DNA of 63,914 nucleotides, filler included, from Perkinsus olseni (Eukaryota): NCBI GenBank assembly GCA_013115125.1. It is 4 parts of 4 records of this genome, joined end to end, with 100 filler letters (N's around TTAATTAATTAA, not from the genome) between each part and the next. Parts side by side here need not be neighbours in the genome. Positions count along the whole stretch, not along the records: positions 1 to 17,194 come from JABANN010000653.1; positions 17,295 to 34,464 come from JABANN010000654.1; 2 more parts are not named here. One strand, 5' to 3'. Shown piece by piece: positions 12,056 to 23,918 of this stretch (position 1 is its first letter; each line of letters starts with the position of its first letter). The notes under the pieces were generated by a model. It saw only the letters and a program-made list of their open reading frames with translations, ran no database searches and was not told where the DNA came from. The position numbers and the translations under genes were made by a program.

Positions 12056-14900
12056 TTACTCTCCATCAAAACAGCCCGGGTTCAGGGCTCCGCTCCTCCC
12101 AGCACAGCCAATTGTCCCCTCGCTCCCAGCGCGCTTGGACGACCACACGAAGATAACAACTAGCGGGCGCATTGGAGCTATCATTGGTATAAAATCTAAG
12201 GGACCGAAGGCAGACAGCACACCCCTGCCCAGAAGGACGAACACTCTCTCCGCCATCGTAAGAGACCATTCGGACGATATTGTTGTTGTTGTTGTTGTTG
12301 TTTGTGATGATAGCGGTAATCATACTTCTGCTCAGTAGCCTCGACCGTAACCTAAGATACGACGACGAAAGTCACACCAGCCTACTACATGCTACTGTCC
12401 ATCGATAATTGTCACCTAGCCGACATCATCACAGATTACCATAATGCTACTTCCAGTTCTACCTCCGCACACTCTACCAAAGGCGAGAATGATACCACCA
12501 TCAGCAGCTCTCAGTGAGGAGCAGAGCATCACACCACCATCAGCAGCTCTCCGTGAGGAGCAGAGCATCACACCAGATGCTCCCCCGCTCGGGCTCCACA
12601 GCCAGAACAGTTTAGAGTCCGATATAGCAGCACGCCGTAACATAGGTGAGCGAACATGCTAGCGATCGCCCTATTGACCTTCCCCCCGGCCCATTCCTAC
12701 TACTACCTCCAGCTCCTCCTCCTCCGCCCCCTTTGCCGCGCATTTCCCTCCAATACTCGGCTTCATCATTGCTAGCTGGCTGCGGGTATCCTGATGGCCT
12801 AGAGTCCCTATAGCGCCGTGATTCCGATCGTTCATAGCGACCTCTTGACTCTGAGATGACCAGGGACCACTCACTCATTACGAATCTTGCAATCTCATCA
12901 TTCCTTAACGCTTCCCACCACAGGTACCTCCTCTATCCCTAGATCGATCGTCTCTTGATCGGCTCCGATGGCCCTCCCTCGACCGTCCGCTGCTGTATCT
13001 CGAGTCCCTTCCTGACTCCTGATGGTGATGATGGCCATGATGCTTCCGTCTGAACTCCTCCCGCTCACGCCGGGCCTCTTCTGACGGCTGCCAGTACCTT
13101 ACACAAACTCATCGTAATCGTACGAGGCAGCACTGCTGAGTCGAGCTACCCTCGGGACTCCAGCCAATCTTCAATCTGCATCGCGGCTTCCCCAACTTCA
13201 TCGATAATCTCGTCGCGCCTAAAGAGCACTCCTCAGCAACTGAGATACTGACTGAGGAAGCCTCCGTCGCGAGGGGCACCATTCTCAGCACAGTATCCCG
13301 CATCCGTGTCTGCGATGCAGACTTTACATAAGGTGTTCCGCGTTAAGGGGGGAAAGTTACGTTCGATATGGTACGGTAATAGAGAGGGTAGTCGACACCA
13401 CAAGACCTCCTTTTCGAAGCTGAGCCATTCTTGCAGCCTCATCATCGCCTCATCAAGTAGGCCGAATTCACCGCGCGCCCTTTTCTGCTATCTGTCCAGT
13501 GCCTAGAGCCACTCGCGGCGCCACCAAGATGGTTTACTGGTGCACTCACGCTGCTACTGCTATGGTTATTAGGAACACTAGGAAAGATTCCACTTTACTG
13601 CGCGAAGAGAGGTGACCCCATCGGAACGGTACCACACGCCCTTCCACGGCGAAGCATTCTCTCTCAAGTCCGGCCTCTCCCACTGCTACCTCGTCCTCAT
13701 CGCTCCCGATATTTGGGATCCAGGGTTGCCAGGCAGTAGCGGCGTTACGTGTCGACCGATAGTCATGGGCTTGCCGAAAACTACGTCAGTAGGCGGGTAC
13801 CTACGACCAGCTATATTGCCATCATCATCATGGTCGGATATCCCACCGCTACTACAGCTTGACAGTCTCCTTTGACTTCTCCACCCGAACAACTCGGCCA
13901 CGGTACGGTATCTCACCTACTCGGATCGCCTCCTACAAACGTTGAAGCAATCAAGGAGCTGCTGGCCGCTAGGAGATTAACAGATTCAGCGATCGGCAAT
14001 ACTACCTGAGCTGCGGCCTCGTTTTGGAACTCTACCAGTGCAAACTGGCACTGGTCATAAGGTGACTGAAATTATGAGGTCGAAAAGGCAGAAACCGCAT
14101 GGGGGGATCGAACCCGGGACCTTCCGCTTACCACGTCTATGGAAGACTCCTTAATCTCCCCGAAATGCCCGAACATTCCTCTTACTTCCTCTAATGTAAC
14201 TTGATTTGCCAGTCCCGACACGTACACCTACACACACATCTCACACCATACCACTCCATTCCCAACTCACCGTTCTGTTCAGGATCATCTCCTCTCCCGA
14301 GTCCCTCACACCACCGCCAATCGTGGTTACTCCAACGCCTGGCTGTGGGCGAATCTAAGACGACCGAGTGAGGACAGCCAAGTGTAACGAATGGTACGGT
14401 ATTACACTAGTAACAGCTCCCACCAATTGCTGAGCCGCTGGAACGCCCTGAAACAAGCAGCTACTACAACCACCTAGTCTGTCCGCACAGTACAAGGTTA
14501 GGCAAGGGAGCCGGAGCCGTCGCTGAGGCATTGGCCGCTACAGGGTCGGTTACAGACACCGTGAGAGGGACCTGAAGGGCATGCATAAGGACCCGAGCAC
14601 AAGAGAGGTGTACACCTACACCGTGGAAGGGCTGTCCATTGAGAGAGTGGGCAGCTGTAACTCCATTAGAGGTACCGAAGTCAACACGAGCATACCTAAA
14701 CGACTGGTGAGCTGAAGCCGACCTCAAGATACGCTCTCAGCACAACTCAATACCCTGTACTACCTCAGACTAGTGCCAGGGAAGGTCATGATTTGTACGT
14801 TGAGGACCCTGTCCAGCCTCGAGAAGAGGTCCCGCAGGTTCTGCTCATTGGCCTGTACCGCTAGGTTACGGACGAAGATGGTATTGGTCTGCCCCTCCAT
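12056..14900 (-). CDS. RNA-binding protein with at least two RRM domains, multi-exon
   Basis: RRM1: TIFVRNLA...LRDLFS...YARVDF...AHSLNG. RRM2 after splicing: VRGMFGHFGEIKESSIDV|SPYDQCQFALVEFQNEAAAQ. The 3' limit is uncertain. Confidence 0.7.
12494..12575. repeat. 39-bp tandem duplication (2 copies)
   Basis: ACCACCATCAGCAGCTCTC(A/C)GTGAGGAGCAGAGCATCAC repeated twice with one mismatch. Confidence 0.9.
14066..14131 (-). other. 66-nt GT-AG intron containing a sense tRNA 3' half (Thr-like)
   Basis: Minus strand reads GTAAGCGGAAGGTCCCGGGTTCGATCCCCCCATGCGG...TTTCAG; removing it restores RRM2. Confidence 0.85.
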
Positions 14901-15637
14901 TGGCTCCACCACAGGGGACCACTGATACTGACCAACCTTGAAGGGACTACTGTGCAAACTCCAACACAACACAGACAGGTGACGATGGGAAACTCTGATA
15001 GCAATTAGTTGAACCAAGACTTATCCTCAGTGTTAGACTAGCAGACATACGCAGCTCCACATATCAGCTGGGAAATCGCCGTCGGTTCAGTTAAGTTCGA
15101 TCAAAGACTACGGTAAGCCGGTCACCTCTAGTGGGAGGCTCCTATTCCTTCTTTAATGCTGTTATACGTCACATCTCGACTGTTTCCCTGTAAACAAACT
15201 CCGTACCATGTAGTCGCAGGCATGGCTATCACGAGTGTGAACTCGTACTACGTCGTAACGGGGTGCTACCAACTGTCTGATCAATCGAGAAAGACCGTTC
15301 CGGTAGACAACGCCCCTCCCAGACCGCCTGCCAGAGCCTTCCATACCACCATGATTACCTTACTGTGGCCCTACGAAGTCCTATCGCGTAACCTGATAAC
15401 TATATCCTTATACCGACAACTTCCTTTATGTGTGCCCTCGGTGGTTTTCGGACGCCACGTAATTCACCCTCATCGAAACGTCGAGCGCGCCGTCGTTTAT
15501 ATGCTCGAAAATAATCAGGGGGTTCCATAAGCCTCTCCTTGGGCTCCCAGAGTACGCTGAAATAAATTCTGGGAGCGCTCTCGCGGTTCAAAGTAGGCAG
15601 ACTATTGAACACCTCCGGGGCCTATTTCACAAGGGCT

Positions 15638-15960
15638 CGTAAGGAGCAAAAATTATAAGGTGCCTTACGGTTTTCTCGCAAGTCCCTTTCACATCCTTAC
15701 GATTTGAGTCGTAAGGGTAAGGCCATCACCATAAGGCACCTTACCGTAAGACTCCTTACATAAGGAGGGGTAAGGAAGTGCTCCTCTCGGGCTGTTCAGT
15801 AAAAGACCAATAAACCAGTCCTAGGATCGATCCTGTCCTCCTCTCAACGCATTCAGGATCGATCCGGGGATTGATCCTAGAACTGCTCCCAGGATCGATT
15901 GACTGATCAGAAAAAGGCTTCGGTCAGTCCTGGGATTGATCCCCAGTCCCGGGATGGAGA
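15638..15960. promoter_or_regulatory. clustered TAAGG/CCTTA and GGAT(C/T)GATCC motifs in a divergent intergenic region
   Basis: About a dozen TAAGG/CCTTA words in 15638-15776, then several GGATCGATCC/GGATTGATCC words in 15822-15955, between the minus-strand RRM gene and plus-strand Hsp70. Function is inferred only. Confidence 0.35.
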
Positions 15961-16538
15961 TAGCCGTCTGAGATCCGCTGAGAACGTATCTTGCTATCTT
16001 GCAATATCTCGAGAGCTCCTTAACGGGCCCAATACGTACAGATGTTTCTACGTACCGAGTTTAATGCGTATTCCCTGAGGTGACAATATGCTATGCAACA
16101 ACTGCCATCGACTTAAGTACTACTCAGCTGTTAGACTATGATCGCTGCCATTACCTTGGCTGTAGTTCAGATAGTCGTCTGGCCTCACTCTCCGCCTTGC
16201 GCTCGCGTGCATGAGTATGCGTTCTGCACTACGCTACAGGATCTCATTATCGATCAACTCCCTTCGAGTCCGGTTTCACAACTCTTTGAGCCCCGCCTCG
16301 AATAGCCAGACTATTGCTGAGGTATAGCACACGTAGTTGTAGGATGAGGCTAAATCCTGCTGTAGTCCCCGCTGCTTACTGGTTCTTTTATTTCGCTCAT
16401 TGACTACCTTCCGATGCATAACCGTTGGAGGGTGTGGAAATACAATCCACAAGAAGGGATGTGACATACACAACGATGATGATATTCCATCAATATGTGT
16501 TTGTCAAGCTATTTGATATACTCGTATTTTAAAGCACT

Positions 16539-17194
16539 ATGCCCTCCTCTAACAACAAAGCACCCGCTATTGGTATCGATCTTGGTACAACATACTCCTG
16601 TGTTGGTGTCTGGAAGAATGATGCCGTTGAGATCATCGCCAACGATCAGGGTAACCGGACTACTCCTTCTTACGTGGCCTTTACTGATACCGAACGTTTC
16701 GTTGGTGAAGCTGCCAAGAACCAAGTCGCTAGGAACCCCGAGAACACCGTCTTCGACGCCAAGCGACTGATTGGTCGTAAGTTCGACGATCCGGTGGTCC
16801 AGCGCGATATGAAGCTGTGGCCCTTCAAGGTCCTTGGAGGTTCTGACGACAAGCCGATAATTGAGGTCCATTATAAGGGTGAGGTTAAGCAGTTCCATGC
16901 CGAGGAAATATCCTCCATGGTATTGACCAAGATGAAGGAGACCGCAGAGGCCTTTCTTGGTGGCCAAGTGTCCGATGCTGTTGTCACCGTGCCAGCCTAC
17001 TTCAATGATTCTCAGCGACAGGCTACTAAGGATGCTGGTTCTATTGCTGGCCTCAATGTTCTTCGTATCATCAACGAGCCCACCGCCGCTGCTATCGCCT
17101 ACGGGCTCGACAAGAAGGGCCAGGGTGAGAAGAACGTCCTCATCTACGATCTTGGTGGCGGAACCTTCGATGTCTCCCTCTTGACCATTGAGGA
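16539..17194 (+). CDS. HSP70: cytosolic Hsp70, N-terminal part (truncated by contig end)
   Basis: [76 protein letters not shown]; no signal peptide. Confidence 0.98.
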
Positions 17195-17294
17195 NNNNNN
17201 NNNNNNNNNNNNNNNNNNNNNNNNNNNNNNNNNNNNNNTTAATTAATTAANNNNNNNNNNNNNNNNNNNNNNNNNNNNNNNNNNNNNNNNNNNN
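17195..17294. other. artificial contig linker
   Basis: 100 nt of Ns with a central TTAATTAATTAA (stops in all six frames). Confidence 0.97.
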
Positions 17295-17489
17295 CCCGAG
17301 ATTCCATCATATGAGTCATATATAAGCATAAATGTCATTTGCATATCAAACTGGCACACACAGTAGTTCTACGTACCCGTACTAGGTTGACAGCTTGAAA
17401 CGTACTCCGTACTTTCCTCGACCCCAGTACGGTCTCGAGCCCAGCTCTAGTAAGGGTGATGATGCTGCAGAGTGTTTTCTTCTTCCGAG

Positions 17490-20400
17490 ATGGCGGCGGC
17501 TGGTGCAGCAGGGAGCGACGGGAGTCCTTACCCCAGGCGATTGGCCTTGAACGGTATTGTTAAGGGCCAGGAGACCTTCGATTTGAGAAATGGTAAGATG
17601 AGCAAGAGTTCGTAAGATTTATTGGCGGAGACGGGACGAGTTGGCTCAACCTGAGGCGTATCTTAGGTCTCTGGGAAGCACCAGGGTACTTCCGTGATGG
17701 CAGTTTTCAATAGATTCTTTGCTATTAATATAAGCAACAACGTTGAGCAAGACATTGCGCTTTGCGGGAGTTTCTCACGGCTACTGGCAGCCGATGATAC
17801 TACCCGAATGATAATAATAATTGTTAAAAAAAGCGTAAAATCGGATGATTCATATTTCGCCCGCAGCGTTAAGCGAGAGGAACTGTAGTTCGTGTCATGC
17901 ACGGAAACCTCAAGGGAAAAAGATCGCGGTTAAATCGATCGCGTGATCGATTGTGGCCTCTCAGGCGATCGTGCAGTTGCCGATCTCCCCTACTGCTGCT
18001 TCTGCTGGATGCAATTCGACAATTTGAAAGAGGCTGAAGAGCATTGCGAGTAAGTTGGTCGATAAGAGAAAATCATTTTTCGATTTTTCCCGACCATTTG
18101 GGTGGAATTTTTCATAGATTTCAGATTTTCACGATTTTTCGTGGGAAATTTCCAGCAAATTTCCGACCTCATCAACAGGGTAACTCTCATATAACTCGAG
18201 ATGATGGAAAAATAAGAAAATTTTCGATTTTCGCGAATCGGGATTTTTTGTTTGAAAAAATGTCAGTAACGGGTACATGATGGAATCTTTCTCCTCCGTC
18301 GCCGCCCATGGTCAACCTAAGATGCTAGGGAATGAGAAGAATCTTCCAGGAAACGCAGTTTGCGGAGAATAGGTGTGCACGCACGAACAAAAAATTACCA
18401 GTGTTTTATGAAAATTATTTTTTGTTTTTTTTCAGGACGTCGGAAACTCATAAGAAAACTAAACATGAATATTACAATAACAACAATAAGGAACAGCAAC
18501 CAGAGTAAGCGTCACTGCGCCACGAAATTCGACGGCAGCTTCGTTAACTGTTCAGGAATAACAGGAACACTGCCAATCAGGAGAAAGATGATGGCGCTCC
18601 CACGTCGGACGGACAGGCTGCCGCAGGTTCGTGGTGAAAAAAGCGCTCGCCATTTTGATCGATATTACTATCACCGAATTCGCCGCCCTTTCGAGAATCA
18701 GCCGGCCATTGGTTAGCTCTTGAGTGTGCGAGGTCATTTTGTAATGGAGTTAATTTTTCACGTTTCGGGTCAGAATTTCCCGTTTTCTCCAGCTTCGCTC
18801 CGCTGACGAATTTCTTCTTTTTCAGAAGGCGATAAGAGTAAAATTAGGAGGAGCCGAAGGTTGAGAAAAGGGAGAGACGCTAAACTGGACGCCCCGCCCA
18901 AGCCTACGAGGCCACCGGTGGGGAAAAATGCCGGACGCGGGGATCGAACGCGCGCCTCTAGGCAGGACGAAAATAGATTTTCGCATCATCGTTGGTGCGA
19001 GCGAAGGTTTCTGATATTGAGAAGACCGCTTGGAATTTCTGGATGTCCCGCTGAGAAAAATTATGGGAAAAGTTGCGGAAAATTCTCCGGAAACTGAAGA
19101 TTTTTAGTGAAACGCACGACAAGAGAGCTTCTGAGTGGAAACCACGGGGGAAGCCTTTTACAAACAACCTATGCTTGCGATTCGTGAGTGGATAGTCTAA
19201 CCTTAGCCAGTGCAGCGCGGTCGTTGGACTGTAAACTCGCACACAGTACGATAGGAAAAGTAGTGAAACGGTTTTTATTTTGCAATATAAAGAACAGTTT
19301 ACAGAAGATGTAATATTTACATCATGGTAGAATTTTTTTCTGTTTTCTTCTGATTTTCTTGTGTTCTTGTCCTTATTTTTCGCTGTTTTTTTGATCGCTT
19401 TACTTGCGAGCAGGTTGTCCTCAGCGCCCCTTCAGGAGTAAATTCCGGTGTGCTTGCGAAGGCGGCGAAGGTGTGACTGGGGAGGGCCGAAATTTCCCCA
19501 ATAGGGCGTGAGAAATAACGTTCATGTGGCCCGAGGTATCTTAGGTTGACTCGAGGATATCTTGAACGAGGTTGAAGTTGCCACTGTACGAATATGCTCA
19601 ATATGAATTCTATTCTTGAGCGTGTGAATTTTTCTTATGAGAAAAATTACACCGAAAACTTCCATAAATTTCCTCTCGATCAGTATTTGCTGTTTTTTTC
19701 CAGAAAATTTCGCTGACGATAAATCCGGATCTTGACAGAGATGTTGCCATGGAGGAAGCCTCGAGCGCTGATTTTGAAGAGGTAAGGGCAGATCGATCAT
19801 CAGGGCGAGCGCTACTTTCCCGAGATCTTCTCTTCAGCTGCTGGAATCTATATCTGATGACGGCGACGAGGTGAGGAATTTTTGAGATTTTTTCGGGGGA
19901 AAATTTTTATGAATTTTTCAGGATTTATTTGACGTGAAAACTGAAAGTTTGGAAGAGTTGGACGTTAATTTAAAAGGTAACAGAGCGGAGCGAAGCGGTT
20001 TTTGTTTTTAAATTCTCCCCTCAGAGCTGGCGCATGGACAGGGCTATCTTTGCACTCTGTGTCATGTTAACATAGATGAGTAATGAAACGGTTGATCGAT
20101 TTGGGGCGAGCGAGATTTCGTCAGGGGAGCGTATCTTCGTCATCACGTCCAAAGCAAGAATCATCAGAGACGTCTTTTGAGGGGGTCCCCGGCGGCCACG
20201 AGCGTCCGCGGGAAAGATCTTTTCAGAGGCGCTGAGATGAAAACTAAAGATGAGGTTGAGGCGATAAAAGATCGTAAGTTGGATTTTAATTTCGTGGCGC
20301 GCGACATTTTTTGTAACGTATCGGTTCATACTGCGCGTAAAACTTAACGAAAGTTACATTTTCCGCTAAATTTTCGTGAAATTTCGTCTTAATTTCGTGG

Positions 20401-22895
20401 CGCGCGACATTTCTTGTTCAGTAACGCATGGGGAGTTCTACTGCCAAGTTTGTAAGGTGGTCCTGAAGAGCGAGGAGGCGGTAGGTTGATAATACTGTCG
20501 GATGTCGGGATCGAACCTGGGTCGTCTCCTGTTTAGTTGGACAGCCACGTTCAGAGTGACGACCATGTCCGTTGTGAGAAAGATGAGAAGTTGTTGATGC
20601 AAAATTTACGAATGGAAAAAAAGTAACTGCGCTGGAAAAGTAGATTTTTTTTCATTTTTTTGGATATGCGGGCAGGAAAAAATATTCGGCACGTCCTAGG
20701 AGGTATTGGTGCTGTTTCACGCAGCGAAAAAACCCGCAGAAAAATCCCATTTTTCGTGATTTTTTTCGACTTCCTCCGAAAAAAACGGGGAAATTTTTTG
20801 CCATGCCCAACCGAGATTTTTTAGTTGAACGAGGTTGAGCGTATCTTAGGTACGGTTTGGATTATTTGAAAGATATGGGGATTACGGTGAAGCAAGCAGG
20901 CACTTGGAGAAGATATCATTGCGAATGGTGTGAGGACTACTTCAAGCTAGTGTCAGAGGTCCGACCTAATTCGTATCTTGCATGCTTGAAGATAAGATAC
21001 GCTTGGTGAATCTTCAGGCGCGCGACCATTGTGGGACGCACCGTCATAAGGAAAACGCTACCAGACGCCGTTGGGAGAAAGAGGAGTTCGGAAGTAAGAA
21101 TCTTCGCTGTGCGCGGAGCTGTTGGTATCTTTGGGCTGACCAAGGAAGTGTTGCGAAAGATGTGGTATGAGCATCGAGGCGTATCTTAGGTCTACTCGCG
21201 GACTACACGGAAGATCTCGAATGGCCGACAGCTCCGGACATCAGCCACCTTCCGACGAAGCATCAACTTCGACAGGAAAAGATTATTCGGACTGACGGTG
21301 AGCCTTTTCTGTATCCTCCAAAATCTGGATGGGAATCTTTTCTGTGCGGAGAGTTGTGAGGCCTTCCCGCCATCTTCTGTTTCACGGTTTTTGTCTGTTA
21401 TTCACGCAAGCCCGACATAAGTGATACTGATAGATCTCCATGAATACTACTAGCGCTTGTGGACAGTTTAACTGTGGCGGTCGTTTATGCGCACTAAGAG
21501 AGGAACCTTTTCTCACCGCAGGATGCGTCCTAGAACGGGTCGGAGTTTCGTGGCGCGCGAAATTTCTTGTTTATCTTTCAGGTCAGAACGTGCCTGGTGT
21601 GACGGCTGGTTGGTACTACTGCACGACGTGTAAGGTGTCGATGGAGACTCCGGATAAGATCAGCATCCACATCAATGGTCGAAGGCACAAATTAGAGTAA
21701 GTTTTGGGAGGTCCCGGGTTCGATCCCCGGCGAGGACATCTATGCCTTTTCTCCACACAAATATGTCCGGGTGTTGAATAGGGCTCTTCTGAGTTTAAGG
21801 GTGCCTTCTTACACGTTTAATTCGAGCCTGAGGCGCTCCAGAAACTCAGGAGAGGCTGTTGTTTCTTGAGCACACATTTTGGTTCTAGTAGTGGTGGCTT
21901 AGTCCGTCGTTTTGGGGTCCACTCGAACAGATGTTATAGCATCGTCGGATGAGCTTGGTGTTTTAGAGCGTTGAGGAATGGTAAGAGAGCAAGTGAGGCA
22001 AGAATTCGAGCCTTTCAGGAAGCACTACGGCAGAGAGCCGGCTTTGGTGGAGTCATCGTGGAGTGGACGAAAGCGGAGAGTCTCCGAGGCATCGACGGTA
22101 GACACTCCAAGGGACGTGATAGTGAGGCCGGCTACAACAAGCAATAGGGATTGGGTAGGGATTTGAGGAAATCCAAGTATGCGCAAGATTGCAAGATCTC
22201 GTCTCGTTTTAGGAACAGAAGCGGCAGAGAAGTGATTACAACGCGTAAGTTCTTCCCTGTTGGATGGGTTCCACGAAAGTTCCGTTTGGAGTGGTACGGG
22301 ATTTTTGGACGCTTATCCATGGCCAAGGGGTCGTTCAATAACCAATTTTGAAACTCAGAATCGATTTCAGAACCGCATCTTTTTGCGTGTAAAAATTCAA
22401 TTCCTGAACCGATTTTGAGTTTCAGAATTACCTAACGGTACCGAACGGAGTTCAAATATTATCGAAAGTTCTCTCAGGTGCTCTCTTTACTCACGTAGTG
22501 GGTGGCAGGGCAACAGGTCGTGGAGTCGACCGGAGTCCAACGGTCGCTCGTGGAACAACAACAACAACAACAACTACAGAAATGTCTCCTGGTAAGCGTT
22601 GAGGAATTGCAAGAGAGCAAGTGGTGAGTTCCTTAGGTGGAAAAAAGATCATTCCGACTGGCGAGAAAAAAAATGGGAAACTCGAGATTCCAATTGGAAG
22701 AAGTCCGGCAGCTCGAGGCCCGCCGCTCCCGCTCGGGTTAATTTAGTCGTTGACGACTACAATGCCGCCCAGGACTTGGCCGACTCGCAGACGGCCGCCG
22801 CCGCCGATCGACATCGAAGGCAATGGAAAGACGAGGTCGTCGATGCCGGCCGCGAGAGCGATTCTGATGAGGAGCTCTTGGGCGCGCTTGCGTGA
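17490..22895 (+). CDS. multi-exon protein with three U1/matrin-type C2H2 zinc fingers (probable RNA-binding)
   Basis: Spliced exons give YCQVCKVVLKSEEA|LDSHVQSDDH, YHCEWCEDYFKLVSE|ARDHCGTHRH and YYCTTCKVSMETPDKISIHINGRRH, all C-x2-C-x12-H-x5-H. Start and end are uncertain; it could be more than one gene. Confidence 0.65.
18918..18965 (+). other. probable short intron made of an antisense tRNA 3' end
   Basis: GTGGGGAAAAATGCCGGACGCGGGGATCGAACGCGCGCCTCTAGGCAG; the reverse complement reads CGTTCGATCCCCGC-GTCCGGC-A-TTTTT. It is in frame without a stop, so splicing is not proven. Confidence 0.6.
19193..19245 (+). mobile_element. degenerate copy of the retroposon 3' tail (stem-loop plus CA tail)
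   Basis: TAGTCTAACCTTAGCC...CGTTGGACTGTAAACTCGCACACA matches the tails at ~23410-23460 and ~40606-40655. Confidence 0.65.
20481..20536 (+). other. 56-nt GT-AG intron made of an antisense tRNA 3' half
   Basis: Reverse complement reads TAAACAGGAGACGACCCAGGTTCGATCCCGAC-ATCCGAC-A; removal restores exact zinc-finger spacing. Confidence 0.85.
21697..21750 (+). other. 5' end of an intron carrying a sense tRNA 3' half
   Basis: GTAAGT donor right after the third zinc finger, followed by GAGGTC-CCGGG-TTCGATC-CCCGG-CGAGGAC-A (perfect T-arm). Confidence 0.85.
22326..22429. mobile_element. small inverted-repeat (MITE-like) element
   Basis: Arms 22344-22370 and 22404-22429 are imperfect inverted repeats; the left end recurs at 34435-34464. 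Confidence 0.55.
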
Positions 22896-23240
22896 CCGAA
22901 AATTCTCAGATTCGTGATTGTTCGAGATTGTGTAAGATTGACTGTTGTTGAGCTGTCGAATGAAGTACCAGCGTCTTTGTCTTTTCCGTCGCGTCAGTCT
23001 GTTATCAACAACATCGGCCGTGCTGCCGTTAATTCGTAGAAGTCACTTTCCTCCTCTCAGTAGTCATTACGATTTCGATAATCATTTCAGCTCTTGTGTT
23101 ATGAAAAGTCTCCCGCGATTGCATAGCGAACTGGCACGGCTATCCGGCGAGAGATTTCCTCGCGCGCCCTCGGATGAGTGAAACGGGTGATCGACACTCG
23201 TGCGTACCTTGGTAAAATTTCAGACTCACACGCGGTATCT

Positions 23241-23460
23241 GTTGAGATGTACTGGTGTTAGTGATTGGACTTGCTACACCCTGCAGAAAACACCTCTGCC
23301 GGGAGAAAAGAACATTTCCCAGCTGACGATGACCTCGATGCTCTGAGAGCGACGTTCTTTGGTCTATTTAACAGGCTGAACCAATACCCCTCAGAAAGGC
23401 ATGTCGTTGCTAGTCTAACTAAGCCGTACTGTCGGGGTTGGACTTTAAACTCACACACAC
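23241..23460 (+). mobile_element. short retroposon, body type A
   Basis: Homologous to 40391-40650; ends in AGTCTAACTAAGCCGTACTGTCGGGGTTGGACTTTAAACTCACACACAC. The 5' limit is approximate. Confidence 0.75.
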
Positions 23461-23918
23461 TAGGCACGCACTTCAGGGTACCCGATCTTTTCGACTTCCC
23501 TTTGGTCCGTTTCAATACTCACTCTCAGGATACAGTTGCGAGACACCCACACCATGAGCGAGTTACGCGTATTGTACCCGAATAAGGCAAAGGCGAATCG
23601 ATTGAGTGCATCCTTAGCCGGAAGGAGCACGATATGTCTGGTACATGACAGCGGACTCGAAGAGCCTATCAACGCAACGCTGTCAATCAATGAGACGTTG
23701 TAACGATGATAAAGAGCTCGCCGCGTAACAAGGTCGGTGGCTCGAGCAAAATAGAATAGTTCTTCAGGCGCCATACCTCCAAAGCTAAACGAAGAAGGGG
23801 GAGACGAAACGCACGGGTTGATGACGATAAAGTATAGAAATGGTACTGCTGCGGCTGAGCTGTCTCAGTCGCAAATGACGAAATTTTTCATATATAACGA
23901 AAATAGCGACTCGTGCGA

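Noticed and set aside
16509-16967. Antisense ORF opposite Hsp70 and the many other short overlapping ORFs
   Set aside because: Shadow ORFs from codon bias; antisense ORFs on hsp70 genes are well known and these show no independent motifs.
17195-17294. TTAATTAATTAA within N runs (also 34465-34564 and 51724-51823) as a biological motif
   Set aside because: Identical 100-nt six-frame-stop spacer, an artificial contig joiner. Genes across it are not neighbours.
19105-19270. TAGTGAAACG direct repeat as a TSD for the 19193 retroposon copy
   Set aside because: The second copy starts about 15 nt beyond the CA tail, so it is not a clean TSD.
21697-21966. Intact, split or permuted tRNA gene
   Set aside because: No D-arm and no 5' acceptor strand complementary to CGAGGAC nearby; the TGGCTTAGT near 21895 is too weak. 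None of the eight fragments folds into a cloverleaf, so they are not called tRNAs. Trans-acting 5' halves outside the window cannot be excluded.
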